Shown: one piece after another, positions 52,776-64,000 of the stretch
Position numbering within the stretch: the stretch's first letter is position 1
Layout: each line of letters begins with the position of its first letter
Source of the DNA: Geosiphon pyriformis uo1
Lineage: Eukaryota; Fungi; Glomeromycota
Assembly: GCA_016748015.1 (NCBI GenBank)
Contig: JAAOMT010000566.1
Location: 387,115 to 451,114 of the forward strand
Direction of reading: 5' to 3'
Length of the DNA stretch: 64,000 nucleotides
Position numbers and translations under genes: made by a program
Notes under the pieces: generated by a model
Databases searched by the model: none
What the model was told of the DNA's origin: nothing
Seen by the model: the letters and a program-made list of their open reading frames with translations, nothing else

Positions 52776-53365
52776 TTATTATTGATGATTATAATAATCT
52801 TCAATGAGAAATTTTCATCTATTTTTCAAACAGGTCAAAATTTTATATCATAATATCCAAACTTTTACTTCATAAAATTTAAAAGCAATTGGATGTTTCA
52901 GAATTTTTGGTTGATAGAAACATTTTAAAGCCAAAATGATTGTTCTAATGACCCATAATTATTTTATATTACATGCAAATGCTTGCATTTCCTTTGTAAA
53001 AAAAAAAGTTTGAGAATTTTACTCTTTTTTTTTAGAAATAAGTAGAAAAAAGGTATACAAATTATGAAGCTTTTTTCGATTTGCTAATTTGAGTTTAGCA
53101 GGAAGATTTGAAAAGAAAAGTGATTTAGAAAAATTTGAAAATTTTTGGTAGTGAATAATAGTGAACATTTACTATCTAAAAATTCTAGGGCAAATAATAT
53201 TTTTAAGAAAGAACTCTTTTGGAGCTTAACTATTATTAAATTGTTGTGCTGCCTTTTTCGGCCAAGATTTTTTTTCTCATCGATTACTTTTTTAATTAAA
53301 TTAAAGACAAGGTCATTTCAAAATTTTCATATTCGTGCACATGTATTTTATGCGCTTTTAGAGTA

Positions 53366-53491
53366 CCGTAAAGTCCCGAAATTAAACAACCCTTTTAAAA
53401 ATTACCATTAAGTCCCAAAAATAACCAACCCCTCGAAATTTGGTCTAAAACTGATGGTTTAAGGGGTTTGCTTGTATTCGGGACTTAACTG
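53366..53491. mobile_element. 126-bp MITE related to the 34391 element
   Basis: TA-CCGTAAAGTCCCGAA...TTCGGGACTTAACTG-TA, with an internal third copy of the TIR core at ~53406. Confidence 0.7.
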
Positions 53492-53990
53492 TAAATAATT
53501 TTTTTTTGTAAATAACTCAAGAGGTTTAGCCATTAGCTCAAATTAAAACATAGTTTTATCTTACTATGAATGAATTTTTAATATCATCTTCTTTCTTCTT
53601 AATTTATGAGTTGGCCAATTTAGCTTTAAACTGTTCATCGAATAGATAGCATTTTTAATAAGCAACAGGAACCGTCTAAGTTTTGGTAATCCTTCCCAAT
53701 AAAGGAATTATAACATGGTTTAAGCAGCTTATCAAATACAATGGATGCAAGTTAGATGATTCCTAAACATCGAAACTTTAACATTATTATTATAAACTAG
53801 TTGAAAACCTGAATTCTGTGATCAGAATTTTTTTTGCAACCAGTTTTTGTCCCAGATTCTCTTTTTGCATTAGATCCTTTTAATGTGAGTATATTATTAA
53901 AGTAGAGAATAACAATTATTTCAAAAATATTTACAAAGATTAAATAGTCTGCCAAAGAATAATGTAAAAAACAAATAGTTGATAAAGTAA

Positions 53991-55782
53991 TCAGTAAGTT
54001 AACTCTGACTGTTCAGTTTCTTGAGGTGTAATCTTATCTCTCGCCACCCGTCTCAGTAGCAAATTCGAAACTAAGATCATGCTGATGAAACTACCAAAAA
54101 CGGTCGCCCAAAATACCAGGTTGTAGCAATTCACCCCTGAGCAAGTATTGTGTTGGTAATCTCTGTTCAAACCAAACAAGAGGTTAAAAACTTGCCCACC
54201 AAAGGCAAATGACTAAAAAAAAAATACAAATTTGTTTGATGGTGTTTGATAAACGCAGTAGCAAGGAAAGGAAATGATAGCAAAAGATACTTACATAGGT
54301 GAGAAAACCCCTAATTATGGAATCACCAAATTTATTTGAGAAAATAAAAAATGAAAACCGTTAAAAATATTTTCATCCGAATGCCTCAAGTTTTAAAATT
54401 TCACCCTACCAATTGGAACCAAATCTTCGTGATCCAAACCACTCGCTGCAAATAGGTGGAGTGATTCCGAATGTAACACCGTAACCAAGCCCAACTAACA
54501 TAGTTGAAATCCATAAAGCTTCCAATCGTGTAACAAAAAAGCCTCCAATCAACTGACCGACGCACATAATCATGCTCGCAAAAACAAGATACCAAAGACG
54601 TCTCAATTGGAATGCATTTTTTGTAATATCAGAAAAAAATCCGGTGGTTAGCCTACCAAGGCATGAGGAAATCGAAAGCAATGATACATGAAAATTTTGA
54701 ATCATTTGCAATTCTTGCTCCTTCTCATTTTCTTCAGATGTATCTTTGCTGGGATGAGAAGCTAATTCGAAAAGAGACTTTATTATCGAGCCCACATTGT
54801 TGATATACATGAGACCACTACCACCAAGAAGCAACATAATCAAGAACAATGTTCTTGCATCATTGTTATGGAACAATTGCCATCCTCCAATATCTAATTC
54901 ATTCTGAGAAGGTACCTTTTGATCTTTACTTATTAAAGGTGTGCGTTCGTTATGATGAGTTGTATTTGATATAGAAGAAGATTGATGCTCCTCATTGTGG
55001 TCGGTGGTTGATGAAAGAGAAGGTTGTGGTACAATGACCAAAAAACAAGTTCCAATAAAAGTACAAAGACCGGTACTTATGCCGAGGAATAAAATAAAAT
55101 TGAAGGTATCACCTTGAAAGAAGAAGTTCTCAACTTGAGAGTATATGAAAGCAGAAAGTCCAAAAAATGCCGAAGGTGTTCCAAGGGCAACGCCTCGATT
55201 ATTAGGGAAATTTTTTCCTTGAGTGGTAAGAACTGACATGTAACCTACAGATATTGATATCAAAATCAAGGATGATTAGATTAGTGATTGAGGGGAAAAA
55301 TATTGAGCCGAGAATGGGATATACCTGCAGAAGACGCTGCACCAGTCAAGAAAAGATAAAGGGCACATAAAGCGAAAACAGGTGGAAGAGTCCCATTGTA
55401 AGTAAATGCCAAACAAAAGAAACTAGTAAAGATTACCACACTTGCAAACAAGGTTACTCTGTAATAATTTGGCCAAAATCAATTTCCAAGATATTAAAAT
55501 ATGTTGTGCGTAAGAGATTTTATAAAATCAAATTTAAAAGTTACTAAATTGTTGTTACTTTCTTGGGCCAGACATATCTGCTATATGCCCAAAGAAAGGA
55601 CTTGTGAGAAAGACACCATAATTTGTCGCACTTGCTATTGTATTTATTTGAACTGATGAAAAATTGAGACGATGAGCTAATGCTGGCCCATATACCGAAA
55701 AAAGGTATTGAGTGCCACATATTGCTGATATCAGAATAGCAGACAAAAATGATAATGTGAGAAGAATTGCTCGAGATAACAT
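53991..55782 (-). CDS. MFS transporter, Nodulin-like/MCH1-like (multi-exon)
   Basis: GTQYLFSVYGP, GHIADMSGPR, KNFPNNRGVALG..AFFGLSAF, GLMYINNVGSI, GRLTTGFFSD, EWFGSRRFGSNWG; GT-AG introns between the track ORFs, including a mini-exon near 54300. Confidence 0.9.
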
Positions 55783-58240
55783 CGTCTTAATGAGCTGTTT
55801 GAAGCGATTCTATACAATAAGATACCAGGACTGGATTATTTCGTTGCAAATTAGTATGAGAACAAAAAATTGTTTGATTTACAAAAATCTAGTTCCTCTT
55901 GAGCTTATTATATATTAATTAAAACTTCCTAAAACTTGATTTTTTTTTATTTCCTGCATCAGCAAATTGTTTATTTGTTAAAAATGGAGCTTGTGACTCT
56001 CATCATTTGTCAGGTGATCAGACTTGAATTTGCCAATTAAGGAATGTGTTGAGTTGGGGCAACAACTTTCCTCGGATCGTTAGACCAATCAAAATGGTTA
56101 AACTTTACGGCAAAAGCAGGAACACATTTTTTGAAAATGGAAAACAAGTCATAACAGAGAAATTAGCTGTAAATGGGCAAAAAAACGGTCATAATTGAAC
56201 CAAATGTTTGGTAGTGGGAGCGAAATAATTTCTTGATAGAATCGGGTAAAATTAAATTTTTATAGGTAAACAGTTTTTTCGATCCAAAAATTTCGTCACC
56301 TTAAAAATGCTCAGATTAATTTTTAATTCAGGCTTCAGAAATTCTTTTAATGACAATAAAAATAGTGAACCGTAAATTTTGTCATCAAAAAATGGGAAAT
56401 TCTACTTCTAAATCTGGTTACAATGTTACTTTTTGTATTAATCATAGACTCGTTGCGTAGTTGTTCTAAATTGAAAAATATTGTCTTGGAATTTAGAATT
56501 TATTAAATTTTTTATTTGACTTGTTTTTATTTAATATTGGCAATAATTTTATATTTTAAAAAAGCTTTGGAGGAAACAAAATTTGTTAAAGTCAAAATTT
56601 TTACAAAATTTTCAAATATTCCAATATTATTATAAATATCTTGTTAAAATTTAATTTTTTTTTTATTATAACAGTAATTATAGCATTATTAATATATAAT
56701 TAATTTTTGAAAAATAACAAATATAATTATTTTTATTAATAATTAAACACAGTTTAAGAAAAATTTATATTTAAAATTTTCAGCTCAAATAATTAATAAA
56801 TATATTTAAAATAAATAAATAAATTAATAAATAAAAATAAAACAAACAAACAAACAAATAATATTTATTATAATGTAAAACAGGTGCTTTTAAATTTGAA
56901 TAACAATAATAAACAGTTTTTGTAAATTTCACAAAATTTCAATGTTATATTAAATAATAATTTAACACAAGTTGAAAATACCGAGAATATTGTTAAAACA
57001 TTAATAAAATAATATTCATTTTTAAATTTACTTTAAATTTATTTCGGTAAAAATTTAAATTTAGATCTTTGTTCTGGAAAAGATAGTCGTAGATACATAC
57101 TGGTCTATCAATTTCCTGAGCAATGCTTTCTACCTGTCCAAATGACTCGTCCATTCAGTTTCAATTCCTCAAGGTAATCTTTTTTAATAATTGAAATTTA
57201 GAAAAACATGTAATATGAATCAAATAGTAAACAAATACCAAATCACAAAATTTTCAAAGATTCAAATACTCTTTAATCACTTGAGCCATACCAATAAAGT
57301 GAATTTAAAAGGGCATAACTGTCAAACCTGAGAAATGATAATGATTATTTCACACAAGATTATTTAATCAAAATAATGAATATATCCCCTTCTGTTAAGC
57401 AATAGACAAATTTCATATTATAGAGTAATTTGTTTGTACAATAAATATATAAAATTATAAAAATAATTACAATTTGAAGAAAAGCGTTGGATTTATGGTG
57501 TTTCGCCAGATTAATCAATCCATCACGCAAATCGTAATAAGTTCTAAACCTTCGGGTCGCTTCTTGTGATTGACCATTATTTTATTATATAATCAATTGG
57601 GATACTAAGCAGAAAGAGTGGGTTTTTACCAATTTTAAAACTTTCATTGTCAACTAAAAAACAGAAAAATTTTTTAAGTTCAATCTGAGATTAGGCATTA
57701 TTATAATATAAATATTCAGATCTAATAGTACGCTTTCAATACACACGCCATTGTGTACTAATTGGGAATAGTGTTATCATGTGTAGACACCACGAAATAG
57801 TAGATAAATTTTTTTTGTTCAAACATCTTTTCATAAAGTGTTATATAAGATGACTAAATTTCGGTTGGGAATATAATTTTCGTTTCCTATTTTTTGCAGA
57901 CATAACTATTGGTCACATGTTTTTTGTATTGATTTTTAATTTAATTGAATATGGTTTCAAGGCTACATGTGGCAGGAATTCACTCGAGTCTTTTGTTTTA
58001 GGAGAGATGTTTTTGTTAAAAAGTGAACGAATTTATGCATCATTAGAACTTTGTCCTAATAATGGCAAAACAGTCGTTCTCAATATTTTCTTAAGAAATT
58101 CCGAATTAAACTATTCGTCATTATGATATCAGGTATGATATCAAAGAACGACCGATTGATCTACTAATGATTTAACTATAAAAACACTAAGTAATCCAAC
58201 AAATTTATAACAAGAATTTCTCCCCCAACATTAAAAAATT

Positions 58241-59089
58241 ATGGAACGAGCCAAATCCGAAAGCCCAAAAAAAGATACTGAGCTGAAAAAATATCAAGAA
58301 CGCAAACATTTCTCCCTTGTTAGGTGAGTCAAAATCAGAAAACAGTCAAATTTTTACAAGGTCTTTTTTAGTTGATTGAGGTCGGCCATTAAAAATATAA
58401 CTCGAAAAGACCAATTAATTTCTTAGAAAATTTCATTTGGCAAACTTTATAACATTGGGAAATGGTGCTTGTGGTTCGTTCTCTCTATTTTCTACCATGC
58501 AATATCTGGTGACGAAAGATGAAGCCTGGCTATATCGATCAATTTATTTTATTGCGATCGGGTTTATTTGTGATTGTTTCGATGGTAAAGTTGCTAGATG
58601 GCAAAAAAATGCTAGTTTATTGGAACAAGAATTAGATTCTTTGGCAGATTTGGTGAGTAATATATCGAAAAGGAATTGCACAATTAGGAATGATTAATTA
58701 ACACCCGTGTAAATTTTAAGATTTCTTTCGCTGTCGCTCCAGCAGCGTGTGCATTCGCAGCTGGAATGAGAAGTTTAATTGATACAATTGTACTAGCAAT
58801 CTTTATCGTATGTGGAATCTCTCGCTTAGCCAGATATAATGCGACGACAGTATCAATCCCAAAAGATGCCTCAGGAAAAGTTCGTTATTTTGAAGGAACC
58901 CCAATCCCAACTAACTTGATACTAGTGTTTATAATTGCTTACTTACTCAAAACTGGAAAAACCGGGGTAAATCTTCCTGGAGGTTTAGTTGAATTGCCTT
59001 TAGCCGGGCCTTTTCATCCATTAATTTTGATTTACGCAGTTTTTGGTGCTGCCATGGTCAGTAAAACTATAAGAATTCCAAAGCTTTAG
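58241..59089 (+). CDS. CHO1: CDP-diacylglycerol--serine O-phosphatidyltransferase (phosphatidylserine synthase), ~225 aa; exons 58241-58323, 58427-58652, 58721-59089
   Basis: HFSLVRKFHLANFITLGNG, DCFDGKVAR..ELDSLADLISF, RLARYN, YFEGTPIP, MVSKTIRIPKL; canonical GTGAGT donors. Confidence 0.9.
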
Positions 59090-59955
59090 TTTGTTGGAGA
59101 GGGAGGAACTAGATTAGCTTTCCTCAGTAATTAAATGGATACCAATAGTAAATAGATTACATTTTAATTTATGAAAAAGTGTATTTACCTGATTATAATG
59201 TATCATAAATTTATTAAATTTCATTTTTTGTAACATTTTATTTTAGTTTAATTATTGTCTTTAAAGATAAGCTCTGTTAATTCAGTATTATAGATCAAAT
59301 TTAACTTTTTTATTATCAAATATTGGTTAGTAAAGTCTGAGCTCGGAAAAAGAGGATAAAAAAGTGGATATCAGGAGGCACCCTCAAAGATATATACTAT
59401 TTCTTAGTAATTTTTGCTAATAACTAAGATGAATAACGTAAGAGAATATTATCAGCATACTTGAGATATTACAGGTTAATAATAGCGGGGGCCTGGTGTC
59501 TTGCAACGATGTACGTAAAAATCAAAAAATATCTCTAGTAAAATATTGAGCACATGCAACGATAATTAAAAAGATTAAAAATAAAAGATGCATCACATGA
59601 TAAAAAATATTTCTCGCCTTCTACTACGCAATTCTGGCTCTTTTAAGAATGATGGAGATAATTTTGTTAATGAACGCCATGACTATTCCTTGTTGAGCGA
59701 GATCGGCTTTTATTATTTAGAACCTTTTTTTAGAAAGATTTGCCTAAGTGATTATCAATTTGGCATAGAAAGTCATGAATTCATTTTTTGTTATAAAATG
59801 AGTGAGTTTTGTCTTGGCTTGTTCCTTACCTTTGCAGTCATAAAAAAATAAGTTTTTTGAAAGTAAACATATAACTTCCTTTAATCGTTTTTAGCCCTTC
59901 TCCATTACCAAATTTCTTGCTTTTTTCTATACTTTTCTTCTCTAAATAAGCTACG

Positions 59956-60545
59956 ATGTCTAATGATGTTCGTTGTGAAGATGAAGAGGAAACACTTCTT
60001 AAACCTACACTCACACTAGTTTAAGAATAGGGGCTCGTTTACCTGATCCCTTTAACGATGACAAAATTTAAATAAGAGAATGGGCCAGTAGTACACCTGA
60101 TTGGAGAACTGCGGCAAGAGGTTTAAGTATTGAGTGTAAGTAATAGTAATATGTCGAATTGCTTTAACTAACCCTTAATTACAAAATTAAGTATACTAAT
60201 TCCTTGTTTTTCAAAAGCTTATTGCCAAAATTTACCCTGTCAAACCTATAATAAAGGACATCTTGTCAAATGGGGCTATCATAATGACGGTGTCTTCGAT
60301 TTTTTCCTTAATGACCAAGACTGTAAATGCCCAATGTGTGGTAAATATGTCCAACCTGAAAATTTCGACTTTTACGACACTCAATACAAAATCGTTGGTA
60401 GTAAAAAGACAAACCTAATGAATCCTACAAAAAAGTTGACACTGATTGGAAAGTTGCTCCTCGTAGTCATTATACTACTTTCAAAAATTCAAAAGAGGAT
60501 ATGGTACTTTGGGGTAAACTTGAAATTAGAGTGAGGAAACCATAA
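59956..60545 (+). pseudogene. Pseudogene of a small Cys-containing (putative zinc-binding) protein of unnamed family
   Basis: TLTLVxRIG, WASSTPDWRTAARGLSIE|intron|YCQNLPC..CKCPMCGKYVQP..WKVAP..WGKLEIRVRKP*; two frameshifts and an in-frame TAA. Confidence 0.55.
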
Positions 60546-61351
60546 ATTTTTCAAAAATAAATATCCCTAGAGTTTTTTTTATTAAAATTTAGCTTCATTT
60601 TTATACTTGACAAGTTTTTTTAGTTCCTGCTAACATTATTTTTTCTCTTAAGATTTTTCTTTTTTTGTATTTTGGTTAGGTTTTCCTAACTTCTATTTTT
60701 ATTTTATTTCTTTTCGTTTTTTTCTATGTATTTTTTCAAAGTTTTTGTTGCAACAGCTATGTTTTTTTAAAATAAAATTTAAGTGTTAAAAAATAAAAAC
60801 TAGGTTTTTTTGTAAAATGAAAAGATTAAACTCTGTCGGGTTCCAAGCGTAGAAATTTTGCCTCTAACTCTCGCATAAATATGAGTAAAGTTACGCGGAA
60901 ATACTCTTTTAGCTGTTGTCTTTCTACATTTCTATTCTTTTTGACTATACTCCTGAGATTTTAATGGGGGTTAATATCGTGACTATTAGATGGCCAGAAA
61001 TATAAAATGGTTTAAAGACGTGTGTTGCAATCTGATGGAGATATATAATATTTAATAAAAGATTGAACTTTAAAACAGTTTATTTAATTTCACAAATCAC
61101 TTTTGAATTTATAACAAGAACTTGAGAGCAAAATTTTTCTTCTCATAATATATATGGAATTTTTTTTAAAGCGAAAAAATGTACAGATTACTTTTTGGTT
61201 TAGTATCAATCTAAATAAATTATTCTTTTCAATAATTCATGATTAAAAATAGCGCGTAGATATAAATTTTATTTTTTATGTATAGCACTCAACCATTGCC
61301 CAAGATATTTACGAATCAATTTCCGCCCCTTTGCATAATTTTGTTTAGCAA

Positions 61352-63228
61352 TCAGGTCTCTGTGTTAGAGTTTTTCTTAAAACTGGGTTGAGATGAAGCG
61401 TTTTCATCAGGTTGAGAGCAAACTTGTGCTTCCTGATCACCATGATCTATTTTTGCTTTTCCTTTAATCCTTCTTGGTCCACCATTTGACTTTGAAACTT
61501 TTCGCTTTCTAAAATTTACTTGCCAAATGATATACATTGTGAAGATAGTAAGGCAGGCCATGATAGCTGCAACCAGTGGGAATTTCATTTCGCGTTTTTC
61601 ATCTGGTACATTGAATGGTAGTGTTTGAATGTTTTCTGCTGGTATAATTGAGTTCACCCATTTATAAGTTCCGTTTGAGATATCAAGTGCGTTTATTTCA
61701 TTGCTTTGGCGACGATTTCTCCATCCTAAAACCAAATGGGCATTATCGGAATTTTTTGATTTTGGAGGAAGTGAAAAAATGAAATTTCTTTTTCACTTAC
61801 CGAATGCTATTATCAGATATTCATTATACAATGTAGCTGTGTGTGAGCCAGGAGTATGTAATGGACCATGATTCTCGGTATATATAATAGTCCATTTCAT
61901 TTCTTCAGCATTTAATAATAAAAGATCATCTTTATCTGATCTAGAAATTAATTCGAGTCAGTACAAAAATGTGTTTCAAATAAGATGTTCTTACAGCTCA
62001 TTTATGAAAATATTTGCCTTTTGTCACCTTTTTTGAAAAGACCTCCGTATACAAGGATACCTCGCCCATCTTTTACTAATTATTATTATTGCCGCGAATA
62101 AAATTTTAAGAAAAGAGATATATATATGAATAAAAAGTAGTTGATGCAAACGCAAACTCACTTAAAACAGCTGTATGTCCAAAACGTGGAGCAATTTTTT
62201 TGGTCGAAAAAGCTCGCTATATTAGTGAATTAAGTATTAAAATGTATCTAATCGGGGAAAGTTGAGTTAACGGTTAAATTATAAATCTGGAAAAAATTTA
62301 CCTGAATATGCCATTTTCCTTCTAATGAATCGAAAACCAAAACCTCAATAGAAAGAGTCAAATTCAATGACACGAATTATGAATGCTTTATGGCTTCGAG
62401 CTTAGTGGGGAAAATTTACCTCATTCATATCCCTAAAGATCTTATCACGAGTATTCTTTCCACCCAAATAAATTATCTTTCCATTATCCAGCATGGTTGC
62501 GGTATAACCATAAATAGGCTGCACCTCCTTACTTATTGATTCAATCACCAACCATTTAGCACTTCTTTTATCAAAAGTGTACATATTATTATCGTCAATG
62601 GGAGAATAAAGTCCTCCAAATATATAAATGATTTCATTCTTGTCAATTACAGCATTTAGCATTTGACGGGGAGTTGGGCCATTAGATGAGTTACTTAATA
62701 GCGAGATTTTCGGCTGCTGTACCGAGGATTTTGAGAGTAATAGCGAATACAGTGTGTTGACACCTTTTGGTTGAAATTTTGAGATGGTGGTCATGGTACG
62801 AGCAAGTTTATCGGAAAAACTGGCGTTCTGACATGAGAAGAACCAAGGGAGTGACGATCCGTTAAAAATAAAAATACCATAAATAACCAGGCTCAAAAGC
62901 GAATCCAACTAACCCCTCCAAAAAAGTATATTGTTTCTTTATCTATTGATGATAAAACTGCTGCTGTTGAATAAATCCCTTGAAGTGGGGCAGGATAGCT
63001 TGGGACTGTTGGAAAAAATCGTGGAGAACGGAAATTTACGAACTTTGAAAGATTTAAGTAAAAAATGTCACCAGAAATTTTATTGTTCTTTAACAACCCC
63101 CCTACAAAGTATATTCTTTGACCAACTAAATTTGCAAAATGCCAATTTCGTGCAGCAGGAGTGAATGATGCAAATATTTCTTTATAAAATAAGATAGAAA
63201 TCAACAGAATTGTGTGTTTAAAGATCAT
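61352..63228 (-). CDS. Type I membrane kelch/galactose-oxidase-like beta-propeller protein (multi-exon)
   Basis: Signal peptide; kelch GG motifs (RIYFVGG, IYFFGG, IYIFGG, IIYLGG, PRFGHTAV, ILVYGG, HTATLY..IIAFG); TM helix FPLVAAIMACLTIFTMYIIW followed by a basic stretch. Confidence 0.9.
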
Positions 63229-64000
63229 TTTTGAATAGTTATCTTTTTAATGATTAGAAAACCTGAAGCTAACGCATTATATACCCTTACTGATGATAAT
63301 ATTGTCTTTAATCATCAAACTGTTTATTCAGCCCGCTTCATGTTTTTTTCATAGATTAGCTTTCGTCGATAATCCGAATACGTGTATTTGCTTTTGTGTA
63401 AAGTATGGTAAAAGATTTTTAGAATCTAAATTTTCTGAAAAGGGATGGCTCTTGCTGGTTTCGACTTTTTTAAAAATAGATGTAGCATTTCTTTGCTTAT
63501 GGAATAAATAAAATCGTAATAAAAATTATTGCAAATGACTTTTGGGGCAAAGTAAAAATTCAGTGAATAAAATGAAACAGTATGATCCTGAATTTACTTT
63601 TATCTTTCCTATTGCATGTATAATACCAAATTTTATCTCTTTAATTGGTTTTAATAAAATTTCATTTTCAAAATATTAAAAAAACAACTATTTTCTATGT
63701 ATTAGAAAAAGACTTTTCTCGAAAGAAACCAAGCTTTTAATAAGCCTGCTTTATATTATTATCATCAGTGACAGAAACAGACTCTTAAAATCTTGAAAAT
63801 AAGTTTAAAAGCAGACCAAAAATATTTTTCATCATGCAAAATAACAATACTAAATTTTCATGGATCGAATACAATTGGGTTTTTCAAGAATAACCTTTTA
63901 TAAACACTTTGGTACATTTAAGCATTTCCCAAGAAAAAGCCTAAAGTACATATAATTAGCTTCTAATTTTGAATTATAGAAATTTTACCTCACAGGCCAA

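Overview
AT-rich eukaryotic (fungal) DNA with spliceosomal introns and two N gaps (9842-10791, 15367-15948). The gene and transposon families (F-box/LRR, membrane kelch protein, BTB-BACK fragment, LINE type) point to a Glomeromycotina (arbuscular-mycorrhiza-type) fungus, possibly Geosiphon or a relative; this assignment is inference. The window is dominated by secreted-peptide genes. (1) Two copies of a signal-peptide + Kex2(KR)-processed repeat precursor that would release 52-aa N/Q/G-rich peptides, each made of two 20-aa pseudo-repeats. The copies sit in a ~2.8-kb-arm inverted duplication around one Cys-rich, probably GPI-anchored gene, and a diverged KR-less homologue with the same motif and ~31-aa period lies 20 kb away. 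This is a candidate secreted functional-amyloid/beta-solenoid system. (2) Five secreted proteins built from Opy2-like 8-Cys modules, two of them with an acidic pro-region and a Trp-rich cationic C-terminus. Also present: a hypermutated full-length LINE with a BACK-domain gene fragment inserted in it, a LINE RT fragment, two TA-flanked MITEs, a Fanzor/TnpB-like nuclease relic, F-box/LRR, MFS, phosphatidylserine synthase and kelch genes, and two pseudogenes. Exon boundaries were derived by hand.
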